Positions 11,765-23,824 of a stretch of DNA of 64,000 bases are shown here, piece by piece. The notes under the pieces were generated by a model. That model was given only the letters and a program-made list of their open reading frames with translations, did not search any database and was not told the DNA's origin. The stretch covers positions 68,076,001 through 68,140,000 of the forward strand of contig NC_043008.1 in assembly GCF_006345805.1 (NCBI RefSeq), given 5' to 3'. Position numbers and translations under genes: made by a program. Position 1 is the first letter of the stretch, and each line of letters begins with the position of its first letter. The stretch is from Octopus sinensis. Lineage: Eukaryota.

Positions 11765-12510
11765 CGCCTAACAGATTAGACTTGGAAAAAAATTCCTAAC
11801 ATTGGGCTATAACAAGTAACCTTAGATGCCAAGATCTTTCCTAAGTATCCTAGCTGTTCCTAATAATATTGTTTTCTGGAGTTGTGCTAAACTACATTTT
11901 ATACCTGTTTCCTCTATCCATCTGTTCAAATCTTTAGGAATAGTTCCTAATGCCCTTATAAGTACAGGGATACAGTTTACTTGTACTTTCCATAATCTCT
12001 GTAACTCAATGACTAAGTCCTGGTACTTTTCTATTTTCTCTATACCTCTTATATTGACTTTCTCATCATTTCGGACTGTAAAGTCAATTACCTGGTACTT
12101 TCTCTTCTCTTTGTCTACTGCTTCTAAATCAGGCCTTCTAGCTTTTATTACTCTGTCAGTGTGAATTTTAAAATCCCACATCTTATATTTCTTACTTTTT
12201 AGCACTTTACTAGGTTTATGTTCATACTGTTTATCAGCATGGTCAAATCCTAGCTTTCCACATAACTCCCAGTGGATTATTCTTCCTAGGTTGTCATTTC
12301 TTTTATTGTATTCTTTCTGTGCCAGCATATTACATTCACTAACTATATGAGTAACAATTTTCTCCTTCAATTTACACAACCTACATTGGGAATCTACCTG
12401 ATTTTTGTCTATCTTGGCATTTATCCAGTTAGTCCTCAATGCTTGATTATGTGCTGCTACTAACAAACTTTCTGTCTTCCTTTTCAGCCTTCTTTTCTGC
12501 AACACAGCTA
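11765..12510 (-). mobile_element. R4/Dong-clade 3' end: CCHC knuckle plus restriction-like endonuclease
   Basis: ORF 11822-12505 has CRLC...HIVSEC, RRPDL...VIDF and KIEKYQDL...LGTARILRK, then a short 3'UTR ending in a TAA-type repeat (~11742-11760). Confidence 0.9.
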
Positions 12511-13084
12511 TGTGTCACTATTACTATTTCCAGCAACTATTTTTGGACATCTACCAGGCAAAGCCTTCTCTTGCCAGTCAGATCATCTTGCATTTCAACA
12601 CCAAAATATAATTGATACTTATTTATTGATGACCAGAGCAATGAAATGTAGGATTCCTAACACTTGTTACAAATTCTGTACATTTGAGAAAAAAGCATTG
12701 TGACTGAATACATTCTATAGACTCCATCCACATGGACATGAAATAAAAAAATAATTTTTTAATATTGGCACAAGTTCCACAAATTTCTAGGCAAATAAAT
12801 TAACCCTTAGTATATAGCTGATATTTTATCAAGTCAGCTCCTAAATATATATTATATCAAGAGATGTAATGGAAACTATATTGTTTTAATTATGCTTTAA
12901 TTACCAGTCATTTGTAGAGTGCTCACTGTAATTTATTTCTTTGATCTGGAGGCAATGAAATACTGAATCAACCCTAGAAGGATTTTAACTTATAAAATAT
13001 AAGAGTATAACTAAATATTTAATGACATCTAGACCAACACTTTAAGATTCTTTTACCTTGTTGCTTCTTCATGCTTTACTCTGA

Positions 13085-13447
13085 CACATAAGGCAACATG
13101 AAATATAAGGCGCACAAGATATATAAGGCACTCAAGGCACATATAAGTCAATCAAAGTACATGTAAGTTATTCCTGGCACAAATAAGGCACCTAAGGTAC
13201 ATGCAAGCCACTCAAGGCATATGTAAGACAGTTAAGACATATATAAGTCATTCAAGGAATATAAAAGTCAATCAAAGTACACTTAAGGCACATAAAGTAT
13301 GTATAAAACACTCAAGCCATATATAAGGCACTCAAGGTACATGCAAAGCATATATAAGGCCTTAAAATACATATAAGGTATTCAAGGTACATATAAGTGA
13401 GTCAGTGTAGAGTAAGGCACCCAAGGTACATATAAGGAATTCAAGGT
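13085..13447. repeat. Degenerate minisatellite, ~20-bp unit AAGGCACTCAAGGTACATAT
   Basis: Repeated AAGGCACTC and AAGGTACATAT subunits over about 360 bp. Confidence 0.85.
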
Positions 13448-13553
13448 AGTGGTAAATATCCAAGCGCGGCATATACTGCAGGCTACTCTTCGGGCCAATC
13501 CTTGGCCCGAAGAATAGCATGCAGTATATGCCTCACCTGGATATTTACCACTT
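13448..13553. other. 106-nt near-perfect hairpin
   Basis: Arms are AGTGGTAAATATCCA (15 bp perfect), GGCATATACTGCA (13 bp perfect) and GCTA.TCTT.CGGGCCA, around a 5-nt loop. Confidence 0.9.
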
Positions 13554-14329
13554 TTGAAGTTCCACTCGCTATGAAACATCTGTAGCCTGGATCTTATCTA
13601 CTCCATTCCATAACTCTTGTATTCTTATTCACACACTTGGCAACCCTGGTCATCTACCGGGAAATATAAAAAGAATGTTTTTCAGTTTATCATACTTGGA
13701 TACGAAAAAAATCAGCAACCTTCCATCTCAATAAACCACTATTGTCCCTGAAAGTTGGTTTTTTTTACATTTATTACAGATTGATTGAAGCTAACTTTCT
13801 TCCTACACCTTGATCCATGGATCTTACATTTTTATAAATATGTGTGTGTGTGTGTGTATTCATATGTACACTCATTTATATATGTGTGACAGATGATGTA
13901 GCATTGCTTTTGAAATAACACAGATTATGAAATAGCTGCCAGGTAATGAAATAGACATGTATACTCTCACTTCACTTCTCTTATCTGATCAATTTTTATA
14001 TATAGTCTCCAGAATTGCAATTCTTGGACAGAATAACTGTGAGATTATATTTTAGACTTAATCACAGTCTTTTTCCTTAGCCATCAAAGTGGAGAGCTTA
14101 CTGTGGACTCTGTTCAATTCCTTAGATCCCTATTCTTATTATATACATATACATGCATGTGTGTATGTATGTAGGTATGTATGTATATAATAAGAATAGG
14201 GATATATATTTTTTGATTTTGATTTTGATTTTCAGTTTAAGCTTATGAGCTGTGGCCATGCTGGGGCACCGCCATATATATTTTATATATAATATATATA
14301 TATATATATAATATATATATCAAAACAAT

Positions 14330-15120
14330 TCAAATCAAATCAAATCAAAACAAATCAAAATAGATGAATTAATGGAATTGTATCTTTGTGGTACCAGTGC
14401 CGGTGGCACACAAGAAAAACATCCGAACGTGGCCGTAGCAGTACCGCACCGACTGGCCTCCGTGCTGTGGGCACGTAACAAAAACCATCGATTGTGGCCG
14501 TTCGCCAGCCTCATCTGGCACCTGTGTCGGTGGCACATAAAAACACCATCCGAAGACCCGGCAAGACTAGTCAGGCCATAACTGTGGCCCCTACCTGGGA
14601 CGTAGTCAGTCCACTGTGCATACCTTCCTTCTTGTGACACTTGTGAAGACCGAGACCTGTTGAGGCAAGTGAAAATCAAAACAAAAAAAATAATAGTATG
14701 AACATCAATGGAATTGTATCTTTGTGGTACCAGTGCCGGTGGCACGTGGCACACAAGAAAACCATCCGAACGTGGCCGTAGCCAGTACCACATCGACTGG
14801 CCTCCGTGCTGTGGGCACGTAACAAACACCATCCGATCGTGGCCGTTTGCCAGCCTCATCTGGCACCTGTGTCGGTGGCACATAAAAACACCATCCGAGC
14901 GTGGCCGTCTGCCAGCCTCGTCTGGCACCTGTGTCGGTGGCACATAAAATCACCCACTACACTCTCGGAGTGGTTGGCGTTAGGAAGGGCATCCAGCTGT
15001 AGAAACACTGCCAGATCTGACTGGACTGGTGCAGCTTTCGGGCTCCCCAGACCCCAGTTGAACCGTCCAACCCATGCTAGCATGGAAAGCGGACGTTAAA
15101 TGATGATGATGATGATGATG
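14330..15120 (+). mobile_element. RTE LINE 3' end with tandemly duplicated 3'UTR and ~62-bp internal units
   Basis: Two copies of ATGGAATTGTATCTTTGTGGTACCAGTGCC (14371, 14708), repeated CCATCCGA..TGGCCGT..GCCAGCCTC.TCTGGCACC units, then CACCCACTACACTCTCGGAG...GGACGTTAAA(TGA)n. Confidence 0.8.
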
Positions 15121-15591
15121 ATATATATATATACTATATACACACATACGCAATGGTCTTCTTTCACTTTCCTTTTATCAAATTCAGTTAGGAAGCTTCC
15201 ATTGGCCTGTGACTGTAGTAAAAGACACTGACCAAGGTTCCATGCAGTAGAACAGAACCCAAAACCATGTGAATGAGAAGCTATACATGCACTCACACAC
15301 ACACATACACACACACACGTGCGTGCACACACGTGTATTTACATAAACAATGGTAGATGATCTGAATGTTTTACAATAGTCCATCAGGTTCAGTAAGGTC
15401 TATTTAGTACACAATTATAGAAGATCCACATTACATTGCACAGAAAGGTGCATTATTACATGTATTCCACGATATTGCTCTGGGCCTTGTACATCCTCAG
15501 TCAGACAATGTCCAGGCTGATGCGTGCACAAAGGCTTCATCTTCCTAAGACAAAGTTCTTTGAAGCTGATATTATGAACTTATCAAAGGAT

Positions 15592-15787
15592 AAGGCGCAG
15601 GAGTGGTTGTGTGGTAAGTAGCTTGCTTACCAACCACATGGTTCCGGGTTCAGTCCCACTGCGTGGCACCTTGGGCAAGTGTCTTCTACTATAGCCTCAA
15701 ACCGACTAAAGCCTTGTGAGTAGATTTGGTAGACAGAAACTGAAAGAACCCGTCAATATATGTATGTATCTCCATTTTCTTATCTTG

Positions 15788-15866
<79 letters not shown>

Positions 15867-16075
15867 GTGTGTGTATATGTTTGTGTGTCTGTGTTTGTCC
15901 CCCCAACATCGCTTGACAACCGATGCTGGTGTGTTTACATCCCTGTAACCTAGCAGTTCAGCAAAAGAGAATAAGTACTAGGCTTACAAAGAATAAATCC
16001 TGGGGTTGATTTGCTTGACTAAAGGCAGTGCTCCAGCATGGCTGCAGTCAAATGCCTGAAACAAGTAAAAGAGTA
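15592..16075 (+). mobile_element. tRNA-derived SINE (family B) with internal (TA)n
   Basis: GGCGCAGGAGTGG...GGGTTCAGTCCC head, CTTGGGCAAGTGTCTT domain and GTAAAAGAG tail. Further copies lie at about 3110-3330(-), 7250-7650(-), 31145-31585(-), 32390-32815(+), 46620-46975(+) and 54430-54590(-). Confidence 0.9.
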
Positions 16076-16449
16076 ATATATGACAGTGGCTACTTATATT
16101 GTAGTTGATGATATTGTTATTGTTATTGTCGTTGTGGTTATAGTTGTTGTTGTTGATGTTACCATTGAATCTGTATCAGTTCATGATATATCTTTTCTTT
16201 CTCTCTTCTTCAATGTGCATATATATGTGCACAGTTGTAACTGTTGACAAGTATTTATCTGTGTCTACCTAAAGATATTAAGAGGGACCACACCCTCCAT
16301 CACACTCTTCACATCAACCATTTCTATCTTCTATTTATACCATCCTACTACTTAGCTCTCTGCTACCCTATATTCTGCCATACCATTGATGTTGTGTGTA
16401 ATTTAATGTGTATTTTGAGCAAACTTAACACTGTTCTTTGTAATTTTTC

Positions 16450-16517
16450 ACTGACAAAACTGATGAGGTGAATCAAGATAATACAATTTCACCAAACAAT
16501 TATGTAAACTTGTCAGT
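16450..16517 (+). ncRNA. Degenerate type-I hammerhead ribozyme motif
   Basis: ACTGACAA-aa-CTGATGA-GGTGAA..TTCACC-AAAC-AATTATGT-A-aac-TTGTCAGT has an intact CUGAUGA, 6-bp stem II and 8-bp distal stem I; G12 is lost. Confidence 0.65.
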
Positions 16518-16589
16518 CAATTTACTGAAACATGTGTAAGTTATATAAAGATTAGAATACCAGTTACATTTTCTCTATTTTTTATTAAT

Positions 16590-19500
16590 TCTATTATGTG
16601 AAACATATTCTGAAAATCCATAAGATTCACAAGCAGAACTGGTTAGGTCAGGGGATGCAACTGCTAATACAAACTGACCAGCAAAGTGTGGAAAATGTCC
16701 CAGATTATTTAAGCCTACCAAATGGGTCAAAACTATACGTAACTGTTGAGGGCAGAAAGCCAAGATGTCACTTATGCAGGAATACAAACCATCTAAAGGC
16801 TTTCTGCCCACAACAAAAGAAAGAAGAGAGACCTGCACTTTTGCCACCACCACCACCAAAACCAACACCACCACCACCAAAACCACCACCACCACCACAA
16901 CAACAACAACAACAACAATAACAGCAGCAGCAGCAGCCGTCCAAGAATTTGGACCTGGAGATCTCCATTTTCAGTGACTTTGAGGGCCACCCCCCCCCCC
17001 CAGTGGCGTCAGGTGTCAACGAAGAGCCCTCAACTACAACAAGATGACCAAAGTTTTTTTTTCCAAGGTCTGGGGTCTCCTGCCTCTAAGCCCTAGACCA
17101 TCACCTAATTACCCTCACCCGTCTTGTTGCTTAACAACAATAACAACAGCAGCAGGCAGCTACAGCTGCAAAAGCAACAGTAACAGTAGTAGCAGAATCT
17201 GCGATGACAGAAGCACCAACAGCAGTAGCAGCAACAACTCCAAGAACAATAGTGGAAACAACAGCAGAGAAACAACCAACATCGACAGCAGTAAAAACAA
17301 CAGCATCAGGATTCCCCAAAGCAACAACACAAAATTTATCAACAGAAAAACCATAAAAACCTCTGTAAGACTTCCCCCTCACATATTCAGAGCTATCAGG
17401 AAACCCTAAAACAACTACAACAACAATTTCAATAAAGAATTCAAAAATTTCCACAAGACATCCCCCTCCCCTTTTCGGACCACAAAAATGAAGGGGATGA
17501 GGAGGATCAGAATTGGCAAATTGTTGTCCCCACTAAAGGAAAGAAAAGAAGACCAAAAAAATGCACCCACTAGAACAGACTGGTAGGTTTGAACACACAG
17601 TGATGGATATTACACACAGAGATGGATAAGGCAGTGAGCTGGCAGAAATGTTCGCATGCTGGATGAAATGCTTAGTGGTATTTCGTCTGCCGTTACGTTC
17701 TGAGTTCAAATTCTGCAGAGGTTGACTTTGCCTTTCATCCTTTCAGGGTCAATAAATTAAGTACCAGTTACGCACTGGGGTCGATATAATCGACTTAATT
17801 CGTTTGTCTGTCCTTGTTTATCCTCTCTGTGTTTAGCCCCTTGTGGGTAGTAAAGAAATAGGTATTTCGTCTGCTGCTACGTTCTGAGTTCAAATTCCGC
17901 TGAGGTTGACTTTGCCTTTCATTCTTTCGGAGTCGATAAATTAAGTACCAGTTACGCACTGGGGTCAATCTAATCGACTTAATCCCTTTGTCTGTCCTTG
18001 TTTGTCTCCTCTATGTTTAACTGCATGTGGGCAATAAAGAAATAAGAAATGGATAATAGTAGCAGCAACAATAACACACCATTCCCAACAACAGTTCCAC
18101 TGACACAGCCGACACTAATAACACCATCACTATCTCTGCAACCATCACCAACGCTGTTTAATTTACACACACAACAGTTAAACAACAATCCATCAAACAA
18201 ACAAAAACAACAAATTATCAACTTGACTGCCGTAAACACAGAAAACAAGACATTAATGCAAGACGTTCAACATTACATAGACATTAACTAAAGCACACTT
18301 GTTACATCAAGAGTTAACACTAACATACCACAGCACATAAAAATAATTGAAACAACAGAGAGCACTTACAGCCATTTAAAAAATAAATATCCTGAGTTTG
18401 TAAGGGATTTTCAAAAGTCATGTAACAAAAGACTTTACAACAACTTGCTGGGGGAAAACACCCACATCCAGTGAGAAGGATGAAGAATGAACCACCACTT
18501 CTCCCCAACAAAACTTTAGTAAGTAGCTCCCTCCTACTTCCTTATTCTCCTAGTGTTTAACATGATTATTGCTCCCATGTTGGACGATTTAGAGGCTTAC
18601 ACATCTCTTAATCGGCCTGAAATGGGAGGTGGGGTGGTAGTGCTGCTCAGAAAGGACTGGATCTCAAGTTTGTTCTGTAGGCCAATAGACAGAGCTGACA
18701 TAGGATGTCCACAATTTAAAGTTGTCAGCTACACAGATAACAAAATTTTGATCTGTACAATCAATCTAAATAGACTTCAAAGGCAGGGCCCTGGATACTG
18801 GAAGCTGGATGTGTCCTTGGCACACCAAGCTTTCAGAAACTGACTTAGCAGGTTAGTCTATCGAAAGTTGATGAATGCTGTCATCAACAACCAATGATGT
18901 GTAGCTCTGAAAAGGGCAATTAAAATAGAGGCATTAGGGTTTAGCAAAGAAATAGTGATAGAGAAGTCTAGAGTAGAAGGAGACCTAGTTAGGACAGTAG
19001 AAGAGGCACTTAGTAAAGGCATAGCAACCGACGTGCTGGCGACAAGATTGGCACTTGACCAATTCTTCAACTCCAAGCATGAAGGTTGTGTTGTCAGAGC
19101 TAGGGTGCATGCTCCAAAATATGAGGGAAGGAAAGCCATTCGATGGGCCTGGGTGACAGAGACAAAATGTGGAAACAAAACCACAATTTGGTCTTTGACG
19201 TTGCAGGACAGTTGCATGACAGACGAGTCCAAGCAGATGTGTCAGAATTTTGGCAGCACTTCGCTAAACTGTATGGGGCACATGGTGGCATGAAAATGGA
19301 GTTGGATTTCACCTCCAACCTTAATGGCCTACTGTGACTCTCAACCAGGAATGCTGAGTTCTGCGAAATGCCAATAACAGCCAAAGATATTTGTGAAGCG
19401 ATGTCTAGCTGCACAAGGGACAGGTCTCTGGGTTTGGATGGTCTGCCCTTTGAGTTTTATACTCATATGCCAGACTACTGCAATTGGCAACATAACAGTA

Positions 19501-21597
19501 GAATTCTCAGTTCAGTGAGCCAAGGCTTAGTGTTGTTGTTGGGAAAGGACCTGAACAAGGGGGATGGACATTATCAATAATTTTAGGCACGTAACTCTGC
19601 TAAACACATTACAAGATTTTGGCCAAGGTGTTAGTGAAGAGGTTGGCACTTGTTGTTGCCAGACTGGTCAGTGATGTGCAAACATGTGCTATCCCAAACA
19701 GATCTAACCACAACAACCTACATGTCACATGATACATCATAAAGAGGGTATGTAAAGAACCTGGCATGGGTGGGGCCCTGATCAATTTGGATCAATTGAA
19801 AGCTTTTGATAGGTTAACTATGAATACTTGGTGGGTATCCTGAAGGTAGCTGGTTTCGGTCCCATTTTCAGAGGCTGGATTGCTGCAGTGTATAGCGACA
19901 TCTGCTCGGTGGCCAAAGTTAATGGCCACTTTTCATTTAGCATCACATATTCAGTTCATCAAAGATGCCCACTCTTGCCCCTTCTGTACATGCTGGCTCT
20001 CGAGCCATTACTGCAGAAGTTGGATGTTTCAAGAGGCATCCCACGAGAACTAGGATGTAGAGTCTTTGTGTCAGCATATGCAGACTATATCACTGTAACA
20101 GTGTCAGACATTTCAGAAAATGGGGTGATTGGCACTACACTAAAAGAATACGAAATGGTGACAGGAGCAAAGATTAACCAGAAGTCAGTGAGCCTGCAGC
20201 TCGGCACCTGGAGTGGCAGGTCCATGTCAACCGACAGTGTTGTTGAATGCTGGATGGAAGGCCCAGTTAAACTACTTGAGGTCTGGTTTGGTCCAGATCT
20301 CCAAGTGGACAAGAACTGGGAAGAGGTCACAAGCAGGGTGGCCAATCTCACCCAGAAATGGGGCGAGAGAAAGCAGTCCCAGAAAGGTCGGGCAGAGGTG
20401 ATAAATGCATACATTGTATCTGTCATCTTTTACTGCCTGACCATTGTTCCTAGCCCTGCTTCATTGTTGATTAAGCTGGAGCACCTGCTCTTCCTCTTTC
20501 TGTGGAAAGAACAGGTTCCGAATGTCAGAGAGTCTATTTGTTGTCAGCATTTGCAGTGTGGAGGTCTGGGGATGCTGTGACTAAGGATGCACATGCATGC
20601 ACTGAGGCTGCGATATCTCCAGTGATACCTTATCAGTGAATAGATGTGGATCAAGCATAAACCAAGACAGGGCGCTTGGCACTTAGAGTGTCTCCAAGTA
20701 CTCAGAACTCTCAGCTATTTGGGCAATGCTCTACCATGGAGTTCCATAGGGGGTTAGTGGAGGGCAAGAGTAACGACATTCTGGAGGAATCTCTGTGTTG
20801 ATTGGTCTTTTCCGGAGAATGTTTGGACCAGGGCCCATGGATAATATCCAGGAATCCCTGGCCTGGAAATGCTACAGGGGAGGTCTGCTGGTTTGAGACA
20901 AGCTCTACAGGCACAGAAGTGGGGTCAGCCAGTCCTGACCAAGATGTGCACAGAGTGATGAAACCATCCTGCACGCACTCGTACAGTGCCTGAGCATTAA
21001 TGAATAGTGGAGCTTTGTCAGACAGTAATTGTCACGTGTGGGACAGATCCAACTCTTGTCCGAGTTCATGAAGATCGCCCCACTACCTTCCTTTGGCTGG
21101 CAAGGTCAGGCAGTTTTTCTGTCTGGAGGCTATGGCAAAAGAGGTTGTGTAGTGGATGCATCTGACAGGATTGAAGACAGGCACTTTCCACTTTGGCCAA
21201 GGACTCATTAACTTTTTCAGGTTCCATTTGAAAAGGAAGGTGAGGGTAGAGAGGGAGGTACTGTTACCCAGTAAGTTCATTGAAAGGTGGGTGAATGTGG
21301 CAAGGATGGCCTATATGAATGAGCCTACACTAAGTATGTGCTTGTAGGCTGGAGTAGGTGAAGAGAAGAGGAGTGTTTGCCTGAGGCACCCTGTGTGATC
21401 GGGTTATCCATGGTGTGTGAAGTTTCCTTGGATGCTCCTGTTTGGATTTCCCACCTATTGGAGAATTTAATTGTTTGAATTTTATTGTTGTTTCTGCTTA
21501 TTTACTATTTACACACATTGTCTAAACCCCACCATCCCTTGTTTGTTTTGTGTAATGTCCTTTTGTTTTTTATGTTTGCCCTTGTGGCCAATAAAGA
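16590..21597 (+). mobile_element. Tx1/L1-clade LINE, decayed (ORF1 zinc knuckle, partial APE, RT, 3'UTR, (TTA)n tail)
   Basis: ORF1 has CHLCRNTNHLKAFC. APE remnants are GGGVVVLLRK and GPGYWKLD. RT motifs are LGLDGLPFEFY, DQLKAFDR, QRCPLLPLLY and AYADYIT. AATAAA precedes the tail. Confidence 0.9.
17630..18048 (+). mobile_element. Family A SINE head-to-tail partial dimer inserted in the Tx1 element
   Basis: A full copy is followed by a second copy starting at GGTATTTCGTC. ATGGATAA is duplicated at 17622-17629 and 18049-18056. Confidence 0.85.
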
Positions 21598-21636
<39 letters not shown>

Positions 21637-21637
<1 letters not shown>

Positions 21638-22040
21638 TATGTTTGACTTTTGCTTTATATTTGTACAAGTTGGCTCCAAGTCTCACCCAGAGACCTCAAG
21701 AGACAACAGGTTGGAAGTTCGTGTTGTTGTTATGCCTAGTGTGCCATATATTTGGTTTTGTATTTAGTGTTGTACTAGTGAATATCTAAAAAAAAAACAT
21801 ACGAAAATTATGTTTGTTTTAAAACTTGAGATTACATAGAAAGTATTTTGCGTAGGATATGAGCAGTTCCCATGAGCACTATCTTTTGAATTTCTGCCAT
21901 TTTGGGTTTCCTGGTATCTGAGTTAGGTAGCAATCAGCCCCTTTTGCTATCATTCCCAGGACACCTATGGCAACAGGTATTGTTTTAGTCTTCAGGTTCC
22001 ATATTTTGCTGATTTCTATTTCAAGATCTTTATATTTGCT
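21637..22040 (-). mobile_element. 5'-truncated R4/Dong element 3' end inside (TAA)n
   Basis: Minus strand reads KYKDLEIEISKIWNLKTKTIPVAIGVLG...MGTAHILRKILSM*, then a 3'UTR. TAA repeats flank both sides. Confidence 0.85.
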
Positions 22041-22056
22041 TATTATTATTATTATT

Positions 22057-22164
<108 letters not shown>

Positions 22165-22718
22165 GAGTGAGAGAGCAGTTCATGCCATCAAAGTGACACT
22201 GGGGTAAAATATACGAAGCCCAATATACCCATCATGACTACCCGTCTGATAAGGGTACACCAAGCACATGCATCACAACCATATGTGCACGACATGGTGA
22301 TCTCATATCAAGATAAACAGCACATGACCTTGCAGGTGGGGCCCAGTTAGAATTTTCTTCAGGTTGAGTAGCCCATCCCACTCAAAAGGTCCCTGAATAA
22401 GGGTTGTTTAAGGATGTTGAAAGAACCACCCATGTTTCCAGATGTGAATTATTCAAACCCCAAAGAATCCCTTTCAACACATGGCTAAGATGCTCCCCTA
22501 CTACTTCTGCTCGTGATCAGAGATGCACATATCGTCAGCCACTAAGGGACATGCTCAACTGGTTAAAGTCAAACAACTGACAAGCAAATCTGTGGTATTG
22601 AGCAGAATATTTGCTGTAGCCCATCTTTTATACCAAGACAAAACAATGTACATGATAACACTTCCAATCAGTTAAGATCAGAAAACATGAGAGCCACTGC
22701 CTGGTACTGCATCAGGGC

Positions 22719-22720
<2 letters not shown>
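22165..22720 (-). mobile_element. 556-bp non-coding element flanked by (AAT)n/(AAC)n (probable non-autonomous retroelement)
   Basis: Sharp boundaries against trinucleotide microsatellites on both sides and no ORF. I recall it as a common octopus repeat (unverified); orientation is inferred. Confidence 0.55.
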
Positions 22721-22789
<69 letters not shown>

Positions 22790-22790
<1 letters not shown>

Positions 22791-23390
22791 GGTAAGTGAA
22801 CTGGCAAATTCATTAGCACATCTGACAAATGCTCAGCAGCATTTTTTCCAGAGCTCTACATTCAGATTTTGAATTTCGCCTAGGTGAACTTGGCCTTTCA
22901 TCCTTCCAGTGTTAATAAAGTAAGTGCCAGTGAAGCACTCAGGTCAATATAATTGACTTTCCCATATAATTGGCTTGATGCCAAAATTTGAAACTATTAA
23001 AGGTAGAGAGCTGGCAGAATTGTTAGCATGCTGGACAAAATGCTCAGTGGCATTTATGTTCTGAGTTCAAATTCCACTGAGGTCAACTTGGCCTTTCATC
23101 CTATCAGGATACATAAAACTTAGGAGGCAATACAATCAACTAGCCCCTCCACTATCATTTCAAACTTTCTGCCTATAGTAGAAAGAATTAAAAGCAGTAG
23201 TAGGCAGGCAGAATTGTTAGCGTCACAGATAAAATGCTTAAACTCCTGTGCCTCTACGTTCTCAGTTCAAATTTCACTGAAGTCAACTTTGCCTTTCATC
23301 TTTTGGAATTCATGAAATATCATTTTTGCACTGGGGTCAAATATAATCAAGTAGATCCCTGCCCCCAAATTTTAGGCCTTGTGCTGATAG
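22790..23390 (+). mobile_element. Head-to-tail array of about four family A SINE copies
   Basis: Repeated GAGCTGGCAGAAT...GCCTTTCATC motifs starting near 22795, 23005 and 23205, plus a tail fragment. Confidence 0.8.
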
Positions 23391-23653
23391 TAGAAAGAAT
23401 AGTTGTTATTATTATTATATTTCTTGGCACAGTATGGACATAAAAGTATTTGTTTTTGTTGCCTTTTCCTCATGTTAACTGTCAAGCCTAACCCCCTTTT
23501 TTTATTACCATATATCTGTTGAAATACATTGTCTTTATTTCAATTAATTTTGAAAATCATTAAGAATTTATTAAAAGAACCATATCATAACTAAGCTTCT
23601 CACAAGTTTGTATCATAGAACCAAGATATTAAAAAAAAATCTCAGATATCAAA

Positions 23654-23797
23654 CAAGGTATGGTGGGGTTTAGACAATGTGTGTAAATAGTAAATAAACA
23701 AAAACAATTAACAATAAAATTCAAACAATTAAATTCTCAATAGGTGGGAAATCCAAACAGGAACATCCAAGGAAACCCCACACACCATGGATACCCT
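23654..23797 (-). mobile_element. Internal fragment of a Tx1 3'UTR between 27-29-bp direct repeats
   Basis: Reverse complement of about 21402-21542. Flanked by GATATT(A)nTCTCAGATATCAAA at 23625-23653 and 23798-23824. Confidence 0.8.
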
Positions 23798-23824
23798 GAT
23801 ATTAAAAAAATCTCAGATATCAAA

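Noticed and set aside
13085-13447. Repeat array superficially like CRISPR
   Set aside because: Units are contiguous and degenerate with no unique spacers, the context is eukaryotic, and there are no cas genes.
14760-14950. RTE 3'UTR units (GGCCG...CCAGCCTC..CTGGC) resembling the HDV ribozyme
   Set aside because: The P1 partner does not follow P3, there is no room for P2, and no J4/2 cytosine context, so the nested pseudoknot cannot be built.
15410-15565. Non-repeat stretch with protein-like frames on both strands (for example DPHYIAQKGALLHVFHDIALGLVHPQ)
   Set aside because: No recognisable homologue, no consistent donor, and the phase does not fit the other exon candidates; needs RNA data.
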